64,000 bases of DNA from Fibrobacterales bacterium (GCA_051532035.1 JAOPTW010000015.1:1-64000), one strand, 5' to 3'; shown: positions 45,761 through 56,488, counted from the first letter of the stretch. Notes: a model not told the origin generated them from the sequence alone. Made by a program: numbers and translations.

Positions 45761-48178
45761 ATGTATAGCAATCATAGGAAATGCCTCCTTGCGTTAATTG
45801 TATTTAGTGTATCTCTATTATCAATAGGGTGTAGTGAGCCCATCGCTCCCTTAGAATTTGACGCCACTGCTACAGGAGAGAGTACACCGACTCTTGACGC
45901 TATTGAAATATTAAGAGATTCAATTATTCTACTTGAAAACCAAAAGCAGGACAATATAACTGGTACAGACATAGCTCTCTTGGAAGGGAAAATACAATCC
46001 ACAAAGGAAGAGTACTCTCGTCAATCAGAAGCACTTAAAAAGAACCTCGAAGATGAGCTTGAAAAGAAAACTACTGAGGTTGCAACACTAAAAGCCAGTG
46101 GCGCTACTGAAGAAGAAATATCTACAGCCCAAAAAGCCTTGGATAAGGCCTCCGCCCTCCTCGCAGAGACAACAACAACCCTCAACACTATGAACCTTGA
46201 AATTGCTAGTGGTTCTACTACTCCCCAAATAGTACAGACGGTCACCATTGATTCTCTAATACTCTATGTAGATTCTATTCTCTCTTATCAAGCGCTATTA
46301 CAAGCGCAAAATTCTGAATCATTTATAACTGCATATCAAAAAAGGGTTGATGGGCTCATCAAGCAACTTCAATTACTGAGTGACGCCTATATCGATCAAT
46401 ATATTGAAGCAGTAAGTGAGGCGCAAAATTCTATAGCAGGATTAACCGCAATAAGTGCTCCTGCATCGGACATTAACAACGCGCGGTCATCTCTTGAATT
46501 ACTTGAATCGAAATTAGCCGAGGCAGAAAAAGAGGTTGAAGGCTTATGGGAGAGCATCGGGTTAACCTATTTTAAAACAACAGCAAGTACAACCTACCCC
46601 CCAACCTCATCAAGTACAGACATTGCAATTGGTTCTTCTTCTAACTCTGCAGAGAGCTCATCAACAAAAATAGCTATTGAATCTTCGGCTGAAATGATAA
46701 GTTCATCTTCCGAGGTCACTGATACTCCTCTTGTTATCCCTACAATAGACCAAGGGGACACCTACTCCGATTCGATTCCAGAAGACACCAACCTCTCTAT
46801 TGCACTATCTACACAGGCAATGGCAAATACCACTCTAGAATGGGCTGTAATCAACACCCCCGGCAACCTTACTACAATAATTAGCAGTGATGATGAAGGA
46901 GCCATGCTAGCACTTACTCCTTCTCAAAACTTTAATGGTCCCCTCCAGTTTAGTGTCGTCGTTTCAAGTCTATCAGCAAGTGATACTATTTTAATCACTC
47001 TTGAGGTAACTCCTGTTAATGATGCGCCAACCATAACTGAAAAATCAACTATCTTAGGCACACCAGAAGTAGGTGAAACACTCACGATATCATCTACCTG
47101 TATTGATGTTGAATCAACGATCGCCTCGCTGACTCCCACAATTGAATGGTTTAAATCAACCGAAGGGTACACAAATGCAACTTCAATTGGTACTAATGCT
47201 AGTGTTGAACTTACAGACCTGAATGAAGGCAATTTTATCTATGCGATATTCTCTTGTTCAGACGAAGAGCTTACCGTCAGCGACACTACAGATCTTACAG
47301 TGAAAGTACCTATAACTACAATACAATACACTGTGACCATCCCTACCTCAACGGGAGGAACTGTTGATACCACAGGAGCTATCACTCTTACATCAAACAC
47401 TCCACTATCTGTTGTTGCCACTGCGAGTGCGGGCTATACTTTTGATACATGGACTGTAACATCTGGAGCAGCAACTATTGCAAATCCAACATCTGTAGCT
47501 ACAACCATAACACTTGCGACGGAAGATGCGACAGTCACTGCCACATTTATAGAAAATGTGGCGCCGGCGGCTCCTTTGGGCATTACAAGCAGTGGAAACG
47601 AAGACGGGGAAATAACAATCTCTTGGGCGGTGTCTCCTGAAAGTGATATAGCTGGCTATAAGCTCTACAATAATGGTACTGAAGTTTATGACGGTGCTAC
47701 ACCAACAACTGTTATATCCTCTCTGAGCAAAAATAAGTTTCAAGTAACTGCCTACGATGATTCTGGAAACGAATCTGAATTGAGTAAGAGTCTGTATCAC
47801 TTTGAAGCCGAGAACTATGAATCATCTCATCAAGTGTATACGACCAATAAAGGCTCATATACGTACGTTGCTGATAGCGACCATGTTGGTGGCAGTAAGG
47901 ATTCAGTGGAATGGGCCAATGAAACACTTGAAAGCGGAAGTTATACCTTTAAATACCGAGAATCGACTTGGGCCACAGGTACAACCCAGGTACAACTCTT
48001 TGTGGGTGGAACATGGAGAACTGATCATGACAACACTTCTAATTCAGGATTTGAAATATGGACAGTACTTGAAGGTAACAATTCATTTACCACCAATGGT
48101 GGATCCAAGGACATACACCTCGTTCTATGGGGCGAAAACCACGGTATCGACTGGTTTCAAATAATTCCAAATTATTAA
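45761..48178 (+). CDS. Modular lipoprotein: coiled coil, Ser-rich linker, cadherin/Ig-like, InlB-B-like, FN3 and CBM6/35-like domains
   Basis: Lipobox LSIG-C; heptad region; SSS linker; VTPVNDAP; ATASAGYTFDTW; AYDDSGNES; FEAENY...IDWFQI. Confidence 0.75.
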   Translation: MYSNHRKCLLALIVFSVSLLSIGCSEPIAPLEFDATATGESTPTLDAIEILRDSIILLENQKQDNITGTDIALLEGKIQSTKEEYSRQSEALKKNLEDELEKKTTEVATLKASGATEEEISTAQKALDKASALLAETTTTLNTMNLEIASGSTTPQIVQTVTIDSLILYVDSILSYQALLQAQNSESFITAYQKRVDGLIKQLQLLSDAYIDQYIEAVSEAQNSIAGLTAISAPASDINNARSSLELLESKLAEAEKEVEGLWESIGLTYFKTTASTTYPPTSSSTDIAIGSSSNSAESSSTKIAIESSAEMISSSSEVTDTPLVIPTIDQGDTYSDSIPEDTNLSIALSTQAMANTTLEWAVINTPGNLTTIISSDDEGAMLALTPSQNFNGPLQFSVVVSSLSASDTILITLEVTPVNDAPTITEKSTILGTPEVGETLTISSTCIDVESTIASLTPTIEWFKSTEGYTNATSIGTNASVELTDLNEGNFIYAIFSCSDEELTVSDTTDLTVKVPITTIQYTVTIPTSTGGTVDTTGAITLTSNTPLSVVATASAGYTFDTWTVTSGAATIANPTSVATTITLATEDATVTATFIENVAPAAPLGITSSGNEDGEITISWAVSPESDIAGYKLYNNGTEVYDGATPTTVISSLSKNKFQVTAYDDSGNESELSKSLYHFEAENYESSHQVYTTNKGSYTYVADSDHVGGSKDSVEWANETLESGSYTFKYRESTWATGTTQVQLFVGGTWRTDHDNTSNSGFEIWTVLEGNNSFTTNGGSKDIHLVLWGENHGIDWFQIIPNY

Positions 48179-48205
48179 CTATCCCCCTAAAAGGACGATG
48201 AGAAC

Positions 48206-48241
48206 AAAAAACGCCGGGCTGATGATCAGACCTGGCGTTTT
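48206..48241. terminator. Intrinsic terminator between convergent genes
   Basis: AAAAAACGCCGGG-CTGATGATCAG-ACCTGGCGTTTT imperfect hairpin flanked by A/T tracts. Confidence 0.7.
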
Positions 48242-48283
48242 AATTACTACCTATTTTATTGTATCAGAACAGCATCAGCTTAT

Positions 48284-50914
48284 TTACAGGGCAGCCAACA
48301 CGATTTCTTTCGCTTGAGCAAGAGCGGCATCAAGTTTCTCAGGAGTCTTAGTTCCTGCCTGTGCACGATCAGGACGACCACCGCCACGACCACCAGCAAT
48401 TTCTGCAATTTTTTTAACCAAATCACCCGCTTTAACTTTTTTAACGAGATCTTTTGAGACTACAACTGCAAGAGAACCACTTTCAGAATCTTTTTTAGAT
48501 GCCAGTACTGCAATACCATTTTTAAGTCTATCCGCTACCGCTTCGACTGTTGAAGCGACATCTGCACCATCTTCTAATTTTTTGATAAGCAGATTGATGC
48601 CATTCACCTCTTCTGCAGCGTCAACAAGGCCTGCACTTGCTTGTGCTGCCAATTGTTGTTTCAGCGCCTGAATCTCTTTTTCATGTGAACGATTTGAAGC
48701 CATGAGATCTGAAACACGTGCTACCACTGTTTCCGCCTTACATTTTATCATTGTTTTAAGTTCATCAACGATATGTGCATTTTGAGAAGCTGCTTTTGCT
48801 GCTTCACGACCGGTAACTGCCTCAATACGACGAACACCTGATGCAACACTTGTTTCGAATATAATTTTAAAAAGACCAATTTCTCCAGTATTACTCGTAT
48901 GAAAACCACCACAGAGCTCTTTTGAAAAATCACTTATGTTGATTACTCGAACATCGTCATCATATTTTTCGCCAAAAAGTGCCATAGCGCCATCAGCTTT
49001 CGCCTCATCAATATTCATGACATTACAAGTGACATTAATATTCTCTAGAATTTTTTTATTTACTAAGTCTTCAACTCTTTCAATCTCTTCCGTTGTCACA
49101 GCACTAAAATGCGAAAAGTCGAAACGAAGTGAATCCGGAGCAACTCGTGAACCCTGTTGCTCTACATGAGTTCCTAATACCTCACGAAGCGCAGCTTGAA
49201 GAAGATGCGTTGCTGTATGGTTTCTTTTTGTGTCAGAACGTTTTAGATGATCAGACTCTGCTGTGAATGTCTTTCCCATTGAAGACTTTGATAGATCTCC
49301 ATGAACAATTTTTGCACGATGCACCCAATTGTTATTTATTTTGGTGACATCAAAAATATGGAGGGCAATATCGTCATTATAGATGCGCCCCTCTTCACCT
49401 ACTTGCCCACCACTCTCTGCATAAAATGGAGAGTCGGTGAGCATAATGTAGATTTCCTCACCCACCTGTTGGTATTTAGTAACTTGTGTCTCAACTTTTT
49501 CACTCTGATAGCCGTGAAAGGTAAACTCTGATTCAGAGATCAATACCTCCCACCCTTCATCAGTATTGAGATTAACACCCTCTTTTTGGGCAGAGCGAGC
49601 ACGATCTTTTTGGGCGTTCATTGCCTTTTCAAAACCCGCTTCATCAACTTCAAGCCCCTTCTCTTCAGCGAGTACGCGCGAAAGGTCCATAGGAAACCCA
49701 TAGGTATCATACAGGGTAAATACTTTTTCACCAGGAATCATTTTTTGATCACCCAACTCAGCAACAATTTTTTCAAATCGTTCAAGACCAGTCCCAAGAG
49801 TTCTTATAAAACTCTCTTCTTCAGATTTTATTACCTGCATAATAAAATCTTGACGTTCAGAAATTTCTGGAAAGGCATCGGCCATAATAGAAACAAGTGA
49901 TGGCACCAAATTTGTCATAAAAGGTTTTTTTGCACCAAGATTACGAGCGTATTTACAAGCACGTCTTAAAATACGACGTATTACATACCCACGCCCCTCA
50001 TTTGAAGGCATTACACCATCAGCAATGGCAAATGATACCGCACGAAGGTGATCGGCAATTACCCGGTGTGGCATGCCACTCATATCGTCTACATAGGCTA
50101 CACCAGACTCTTTTGCGATTGCAGTGATAAGCGGCGTAAACACATCGGTGTCATAATTTGAGTGTACCCCTTGAAGAATTGCACACAAACGTTCAAACCC
50201 CATACCAGTATCGACATGGGTTGATTTCAATGGCTCAAGTGAACCATCAGAAAGGCGTTGACTTTGAATAAATACAAGATTCCATATTTCAATGAACCGA
50301 TCATTCTCACCATTTACTCCAAGAATTTCATCTCTACAAAACTCATCCTGAGTGGCGACATCACCTTTGTCGTAGTGAATCTCTGAACAAGGCCCACATG
50401 GTCCTGTCTCACCCATTTCCCAAAAATTATCTCTTTTGCCAAAGCGCATGACACGACTTGGATCTATATCAGTCTCTGAGGTCCATAGCTCAGCAGCTTC
50501 ATCATCTGTTTCAAATACCGTTACAAAAATTCGGTTTTTCTCAAGCTTGAGAACATCCGTAAGATACTCCCAAGCCCATTGGATAGCTTCTTTCTTATAA
50601 TAATCACCAAATGACCAGTTTCCCAACATCTCAAAAAGAGTGTGATGGTAGGTGTCTTTTCCTACTTCTTCAAGGTCATTGTGTTTACCCGAGACTCGAA
50701 TGCACTTTTGCGAATTAACTGCTCTTTTGAGTCCTTTGGGATTATCACCCAAAAATATAGACTTATACTGGTTCATTCCCGCATTGGTAAACATGAGTGT
50801 TGGATCATCTTGTGGTGCCACTGGAGCAGAACGAACAAATTCGTGCTCTTTTGACTTAAAAAAGTCTAAAAATGACTGTCTGATCTCTTGTGCGGTTTTT
50901 GGTAACTGAGCCAT
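48284..50914 (-). CDS. alaS: Alanine--tRNA ligase
   Basis: DPTLMFTNAGM, HHTLFEMLGNWSFGDY, DTGMGFER, HTATHLL, ELCGG, GGRGGGRP. Confidence 0.99.
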   Translation of the reverse strand: MAQLPKTAQEIRQSFLDFFKSKEHEFVRSAPVAPQDDPTLMFTNAGMNQYKSIFLGDNPKGLKRAVNSQKCIRVSGKHNDLEEVGKDTYHHTLFEMLGNWSFGDYYKKEAIQWAWEYLTDVLKLEKNRIFVTVFETDDEAAELWTSETDIDPSRVMRFGKRDNFWEMGETGPCGPCSEIHYDKGDVATQDEFCRDEILGVNGENDRFIEIWNLVFIQSQRLSDGSLEPLKSTHVDTGMGFERLCAILQGVHSNYDTDVFTPLITAIAKESGVAYVDDMSGMPHRVIADHLRAVSFAIADGVMPSNEGRGYVIRRILRRACKYARNLGAKKPFMTNLVPSLVSIMADAFPEISERQDFIMQVIKSEEESFIRTLGTGLERFEKIVAELGDQKMIPGEKVFTLYDTYGFPMDLSRVLAEEKGLEVDEAGFEKAMNAQKDRARSAQKEGVNLNTDEGWEVLISESEFTFHGYQSEKVETQVTKYQQVGEEIYIMLTDSPFYAESGGQVGEEGRIYNDDIALHIFDVTKINNNWVHRAKIVHGDLSKSSMGKTFTAESDHLKRSDTKRNHTATHLLQAALREVLGTHVEQQGSRVAPDSLRFDFSHFSAVTTEEIERVEDLVNKKILENINVTCNVMNIDEAKADGAMALFGEKYDDDVRVINISDFSKELCGGFHTSNTGEIGLFKIIFETSVASGVRRIEAVTGREAAKAASQNAHIVDELKTMIKCKAETVVARVSDLMASNRSHEKEIQALKQQLAAQASAGLVDAAEEVNGINLLIKKLEDGADVASTVEAVADRLKNGIAVLASKKDSESGSLAVVVSKDLVKKVKAGDLVKKIAEIAGGRGGGRPDRAQAGTKTPEKLDAALAQAKEIVLAAL

Positions 50915-51135
50915 GATCTCTCTTTGGGTAAAATATTCAAATTTTGAGGGTAAAGATAGTTAAAGCGTGCGTTTACACAAGGTTATGAAATTTGATGTCC
51001 AAGGTATAAAGACTAATTTATTGATGGTTTCACCATCAATTCGATGATCAGCCATCAACCTTTGACCTCCATGAGTCTTTTCTTTAAAAACTGCCTTATT
51101 TTGCTACATTTCACCGCGATTAACAGTGGTGGTAC

Positions 51136-52545
51136 ATGCAGAGATCGAATAAAAATACTAGAAAAGGAACAGGCGGACGAACAAATAAGCCTGATCAATC
51201 TTCAGAACGCGTAAATACAAACAGTCGTGGTCGAATTAAGCTGACTCGGCAACAAAAAGCCGAAGGGGTTAAGGTCTCTGCTCTCAAACCCTCAAAATCT
51301 ATTTTTGAAACTATTTTGGCCAAAAATTTACAGGAAGGTGGCAAAAAATACCTTTCTGGATATACCTACAGCGAATCAGCTGCTTTGGTAAATCAGACCA
51401 TTAAAGAATTTTGGAAAGATCAAAAAGTGCCGGGAAAATGCCTGAAGATTGTTGAATCCAAGCCACACAATGGCTGGCGTGGTGATTGTACTCTTAAAGT
51501 TTCGGGAAAGGGCGCGCAGCTCAAATATGACATACCTAAAGAGCTCACTCGGCTTGAGCAAGTTGATGAGAAATCTCAACAACTCTTTGATTCCGTCATT
51601 ATTCAACTTTCAAAACCTCATTTAGTGAGTCTACAAAATCATATTTCTGCCATAACAATCCGTACCCTTTCGGATGAACGTAAAGTGGTAATTTATCAAG
51701 TATCAGACACGACCAAACGGTCTATTCAAAATTTGAAATCGGTTGACCAATTTCTTGAACGTGAAGTTGATTTTTATGCTGGCAGCTATGCGTTGATTAC
51801 AGGATCAGGAAAAGCTTGCACTTTTGATGAACCACTCCCTCTTGGCTATAAATTCAAGAAAATTTCTGGTGGAGATACCATAACTGTTGGTCCTCAGCAA
51901 TTAGAAATTCACCCTTTTGAGTTTTACAGATCGAACCGTGCCATTGTTCACGCTATGGATCAAAAAGTAGCAGAGATGCTCAAACCACAGAAAATTGGTG
52001 AAGAACATTTTATCGATCTCTTTTCCGGAAGTTCTCACTGGACATTTTTAGTAGGAGCTGATTACAAAAAATGCTGGAGTGTCGATATTAAAAAAATGGC
52101 GCGAGAGTCTTTTACTGCTAACAGTGCTATTAAAAAGAGAAAGAATGGCAGTATCGTCATTGATAAAATTGATAGTGAATTTCTTAAACGATTTATTCCT
52201 GATGAAAATGAGATACCAGCAACACTCATGATCGATTCACCGACCGCACAACTCCCTTCAGGTATACTGAGATCTATTGCCGATAAGAAAGTTAAAAGGG
52301 TTGTGCATATTTTTAATGATATCAATATGATCCCCGAAGAGATTCGTAAGTGGAGAAAGCATGGATATATAATTAAAAAAATTATCCCTTTTGATTCAAA
52401 ACCTTTTAGTGGTCAACCTGAGTGCATCGCACTCTTGAATATTGACTACTTAGGATTACTGGATAAAAATCAAACTTTGAAAAAGAAACAGATCAAATCA
52501 ACTCCTGCAGCGAACACCTCTGGTATTCGTTTTGTGCAGAACTAA
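51136..52545 (+). CDS. RlmD/TrmA-like RNA m5U methyltransferase homolog with degenerate catalytic motifs
   Basis: Colinear with the family (IHPFEFYRSN, FIDLFSGS, LMIDSP, GYIIKKIIPFD...E) but key residues are altered; basic N-terminal tail. Confidence 0.65.
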   Translation: MQRSNKNTRKGTGGRTNKPDQSSERVNTNSRGRIKLTRQQKAEGVKVSALKPSKSIFETILAKNLQEGGKKYLSGYTYSESAALVNQTIKEFWKDQKVPGKCLKIVESKPHNGWRGDCTLKVSGKGAQLKYDIPKELTRLEQVDEKSQQLFDSVIIQLSKPHLVSLQNHISAITIRTLSDERKVVIYQVSDTTKRSIQNLKSVDQFLEREVDFYAGSYALITGSGKACTFDEPLPLGYKFKKISGGDTITVGPQQLEIHPFEFYRSNRAIVHAMDQKVAEMLKPQKIGEEHFIDLFSGSSHWTFLVGADYKKCWSVDIKKMARESFTANSAIKKRKNGSIVIDKIDSEFLKRFIPDENEIPATLMIDSPTAQLPSGILRSIADKKVKRVVHIFNDINMIPEEIRKWRKHGYIIKKIIPFDSKPFSGQPECIALLNIDYLGLLDKNQTLKKKQIKSTPAANTSGIRFVQN

Positions 52546-52560
52546 CATGAGCGAGGAACT

Positions 52561-54201
52561 ATGTTAAATAAAATTTCAGGTTTTGGCGGCTATGATGGCC
52601 CAATCGTAACAATCGTACTTGACGGCTATGGGCTTGGACAAGAGAACGAAGGTAATGCTATCCATTTAGCACATACTCCTGTTATCGATGGACTTCTTAA
52701 AAAATATCCCAATATAGCACTTAATGCTCATGGTACTTCAGTCGGACTTCCTGACGATACCGACATGGGTAACTCAGAAGTTGGTCATAACGCTCTCGGC
52801 GCAGGTCAAGTGGTAGCACAAGGTGCAAAACTCGTTAACGAGTCTATTGCATCAGGCGCCATGTTTTCTGGTGATGTATGGCAAAAAGCAGTGAATCAAG
52901 TTAAAAATGCAGATTCAAAACTTCATTTTATAAGCCTGCTTTCTGATGGAAACATTCACTCTCATATCGACCATCTTAAGGCAATGATTACAGCAGCTAA
53001 AGAGCAAGGTGTTAAAACAGTGAGAATACACGCACTTCTTGATGGTCGTGATGTGCCTGCACGCTCGGCTCTTGACTACAGTGAACCTTTAGAAGCATGG
53101 ATGAACGAACTCAATGCCTCTGGTGATTTTGATATTCAAGTAGCATCTGGTGGCGGTCGCATGAAAGTAACTATGGACCGTTATGGTGCAGAGTGGGACA
53201 TGGTTGAGCGCGGTTGGAAAGTACACGTTCGTGGAGAGGGCCGTCAGTTTGGTACACTTTCTGAAGCAGTAAAAACACTTCGTGAAGAGCTTGATGTTGA
53301 TGACCAAAACCTTCCTGAGTTTGTTATTGGTAAAGATGGTATTCCTGTTGGAACTATTGATGATAATGATGCTGTAATGCTCACTAACTATAGAGGTGAC
53401 CGTGCGATTGAGATTTCTCAGGCTTTTGATGATGAAGATTTCTCAAATTTTGAACGTGTCAAAACCCCAAAAGTATTCTATGCCGGAATGATGGAGTATG
53501 ATGGTGATGCACATATTCCTCAGAACTACCTAGTATGCCCTCCCGAAATTAACAATGTTCTCGGACAACAAGTTGTTGAAGCCAACATGACCCAACTTGC
53601 AATTTCTGAAACTCAAAAATATGGTCACGTAACCTACTTTTGGAATGGCAATAAATCAGGGAAGTTTGATTCTGCAAAAGAAGAGTACATTGAAATCCCT
53701 TCCGACAAAGTTCTCTTTAATGAGCGTCCTTGGATGAAATCTGCAGAGATTACTGATGAACTTATTAAACAACTCACTACCGGTTCTTATGATTACGCAC
53801 GCGTAAACTACCCGAATGGTGATATGGTTGGCCATACAGGTAACCTTCATGCAACTCGTGTAGCAATGGAATCACTTGACCTTTGTCTTGGTAGACTCCT
53901 TCCTGTAATTGACAAAATCGGTGGTATGGCTCTCATTACTGCAGACCATGGTAATGCTGAAGAGATGTATCAAACTAAAAAAGGTGCTGTAGCATTAAAA
54001 GATGGAAAGCCTGTTGCTAAAACATCGCACACAACAAACCAGGTTCCTTGTATTTTTTATGACAATCAGCATGGAGATGCCTATTCTATCGACACTTCTG
54101 TTGAAAAAGCAGGTATCGGAAACTTAGCAGCTACAACACTTAATCTTATGGGTCTTGAAGCTCCTGAATTCTACCAACAGTCAATTATTACTCCTAAATA
54201 A
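52561..54201 (+). CDS. gpmI: 2,3-BPG-independent phosphoglycerate mutase
   Basis: VLDGYG, MGNSEVGH, LDGRD, ETQKYGHVTYF, PNGDMVGHTG, ITADHGNAE. Confidence 0.97.
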   Translation: MLNKISGFGGYDGPIVTIVLDGYGLGQENEGNAIHLAHTPVIDGLLKKYPNIALNAHGTSVGLPDDTDMGNSEVGHNALGAGQVVAQGAKLVNESIASGAMFSGDVWQKAVNQVKNADSKLHFISLLSDGNIHSHIDHLKAMITAAKEQGVKTVRIHALLDGRDVPARSALDYSEPLEAWMNELNASGDFDIQVASGGGRMKVTMDRYGAEWDMVERGWKVHVRGEGRQFGTLSEAVKTLREELDVDDQNLPEFVIGKDGIPVGTIDDNDAVMLTNYRGDRAIEISQAFDDEDFSNFERVKTPKVFYAGMMEYDGDAHIPQNYLVCPPEINNVLGQQVVEANMTQLAISETQKYGHVTYFWNGNKSGKFDSAKEEYIEIPSDKVLFNERPWMKSAEITDELIKQLTTGSYDYARVNYPNGDMVGHTGNLHATRVAMESLDLCLGRLLPVIDKIGGMALITADHGNAEEMYQTKKGAVALKDGKPVAKTSHTTNQVPCIFYDNQHGDAYSIDTSVEKAGIGNLAATTLNLMGLEAPEFYQQSIITPK

Positions 54202-54221
54202 TTGATACTATACAGCCTTTT

Positions 54222-54255
54222 AAAGCCCGCTATTCACCAAATAGCGGGCTTTTTT
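54222..54255 (+). terminator. Intrinsic terminator
   Basis: AAAGCCCGCTATT-CACCA-AATAGCGGGCTTTTTT. Confidence 0.88.
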
Positions 54256-54326
54256 ATTGGCTATTTTCTTTACTTATCCCATTAATAGTTATATTATCAG
54301 TAATAAACTCTATTATCAGGTTATTC

Positions 54327-55502
54327 ATGTCATTGCGTCGTATAGTGTATATCTCTACACTCATAACTCCTCTCTTATTTGCCTATGTTGTAAAAGAGGG
54401 TGATACGCTCTGGGACTTGAGTGACTCAGTACTTAACGATCCATTTAAATGGGCTATCATTTGGGAAAACAATCCCCAGATTGAAAACCCTCATAGAATC
54501 TATCCAGGTGATGAAATTACTTTAGACGGTGAACCCGCCTCTGAAGAGCCTACTTTAGAATCAATTGCAGAAGCACCTGTAGAAGAAATAGCTCAGGAGA
54601 AGCCTGAAAATGATACTCTCCCAAAGGGTATACAATTTAATGGCAGAGGCATAAAAGAGCGACTTCACGAAGATTTTCTTAATCGACTTGGCCCACTAGG
54701 TGAAAACTTTATTGAAGAAGAAGATGCCTTAAATATTCTTAAAAGTCAAATTCCGGATACCTTAGCCTATCGGCCTCAACCAAGAATCCTTAAACAAGCA
54801 CTTCAAAGACAGGCCCCGTTTCTTGAAAAACCTTATTCGGACTATAGAACCTATGCAACCGAATTTAGAATATCACCTGAGCTCCAGGGAAGTGGTCTCC
54901 TTTTAAAAAGTTATGAAGAATTTGTACTTCATGCAGGGGCCATTGATGGACTCACCAATGGAGATACCATTGAGCTCTTTACACACAGTACCGACCGATA
55001 TCCAATTTCTTTTTCAAAAAATCATTCAGTTTTATTCACTGCCGTGAAGCCCATTGGCTTAGCAATAGTCAAATCAGTTAGTGACACCAATTCCAGAGCA
55101 CAAATAGTTTCGGCATTTGGCCCCATATCTCCAATACATAGTCGTGCTCGAGTCTACACTCCCAAAACACTCCGGTATGTTAATTATTATCAACCAGTAG
55201 AGAGTATAGATACTCAGAAAATGGCTTCTGTTGCCCACATATTTAATGAAAGTAACTATGTAAAATTTCATAATTGGATCGCAATTAATCGGGGTTCCAA
55301 AGATGGTTTTCACCCGGGAGATGCAATCCATATACTTGAACACAAAAACAAAGCGGGGCTCTCCCCACGAGTTATAGCTTCAGGTATTATTATCCAAGCA
55401 CGTCAGGTAACCGCCTCAGTTCTGATTCATCAGGTGTACTACCCACAGCGCAACATTAAACTTTATGACAACGTTGCAGTTGTTCAAAAAGCAATGGAAT
55501 AA
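54327..55502 (+). CDS. Secreted LysM-domain protein
   Basis: Signal peptide; YVVKEGDTLWDLS...W.IIWENNPQIENPHRIYPGD; C-terminal INRGSKDGFHPGD beta domain. Confidence 0.88.
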   Translation: MSLRRIVYISTLITPLLFAYVVKEGDTLWDLSDSVLNDPFKWAIIWENNPQIENPHRIYPGDEITLDGEPASEEPTLESIAEAPVEEIAQEKPENDTLPKGIQFNGRGIKERLHEDFLNRLGPLGENFIEEEDALNILKSQIPDTLAYRPQPRILKQALQRQAPFLEKPYSDYRTYATEFRISPELQGSGLLLKSYEEFVLHAGAIDGLTNGDTIELFTHSTDRYPISFSKNHSVLFTAVKPIGLAIVKSVSDTNSRAQIVSAFGPISPIHSRARVYTPKTLRYVNYYQPVESIDTQKMASVAHIFNESNYVKFHNWIAINRGSKDGFHPGDAIHILEHKNKAGLSPRVIASGIIIQARQVTASVLIHQVYYPQRNIKLYDNVAVVQKAME

Positions 55503-55510
55503 TCAATTAT

Positions 55511-56488
55511 CTATAATGATTCAATTGAAAGAAGGTTTACCCGGCCTGCATGGGTAATGTCGACATTTTTCATGTGACGCATGGCAGTTGTAACCGCCTC
55601 CCCATCAATCTGTGTAAAATTGCGTTTTGATTGTTTAATACGAACCGAAGACGCATGATAGCATTTGATAAACTTCTTACTCACAATTTGCTTAATGAGA
55701 GGAAGACGCCCCGAAGCCAATACGAGTAATAAATGCACAGTACTTTTTACTGGAATGATTTCGAGATAGCCATCAGAGAAGTCGGAGTCTATAAAAGGTT
55801 CTGCCCCTCCAGAATAAGACCCGATATTCCCCACAATAAGTGAAGTATATCCTGATACATCGATCTCCTGAAAATCTCCCTGAATTGTTTTAAAAGTAAT
55901 TGTGGTGTCTGCTGGAATGGTATATCCTCTATTTTTAAAGCCAAAAAAAATGTAATAGAGTTTATTGGTAAAGGGAGTACTCAAAATGAGGTTCCCTTTT
56001 TTCCTCAGCACATCAAAGTTATGGGCTGTTTTTGCATCGGCCCCAATTGAGTAGTACGCAGCAAGAGTAAAAGTATTATTAACCATCCAAAGGTCGAACA
56101 TATGCGCTTCAGAGCTTAACAACTTACGAATAGTATTGAGTAGTCCACGGTTGGTATAGTTTCGATAGATGCCAAGTATTCGGGCGAGATCATTACCCGT
56201 CCCGAGAGGAATGAGCCCAGCATAAACATCTGAACGTTGAGCCTTGAGCAATGCTTGCATTACCACACTCATAGTTCCATCGCCACCCACAGCGATAATC
56301 TTTGTACATTGAGAGATCATTGTCTCAATTTGTACCTGCATTCCATCAATTTTTGTGAATTCAAAAACCCATTCATTTTCATCATATGCAAATGAACGCA
56401 TTATTTCGTGAAGAAACCGCGCAATAACCTTCCCTTGACCTCCGCCTGATATAGGGTTGATCAAAAAGCCTACTTTATACTGTTTCAC
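55511..56488 (-). CDS. Diacylglycerol kinase family lipid kinase
   Basis: INPISGGGQG, AVGGDGT, PLGTGNDLAR, DGYLE, QIDGE. Confidence 0.9.
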   Translation of the reverse strand: MKQYKVGFLINPISGGGQGKVIARFLHEIMRSFAYDENEWVFEFTKIDGMQVQIETMISQCTKIIAVGGDGTMSVVMQALLKAQRSDVYAGLIPLGTGNDLARILGIYRNYTNRGLLNTIRKLLSSEAHMFDLWMVNNTFTLAAYYSIGADAKTAHNFDVLRKKGNLILSTPFTNKLYYIFFGFKNRGYTIPADTTITFKTIQGDFQEIDVSGYTSLIVGNIGSYSGGAEPFIDSDFSDGYLEIIPVKSTVHLLLVLASGRLPLIKQIVSKKFIKCYHASSVRIKQSKRNFTQIDGEAVTTAMRHMKNVDITHAGRVNLLSIESL

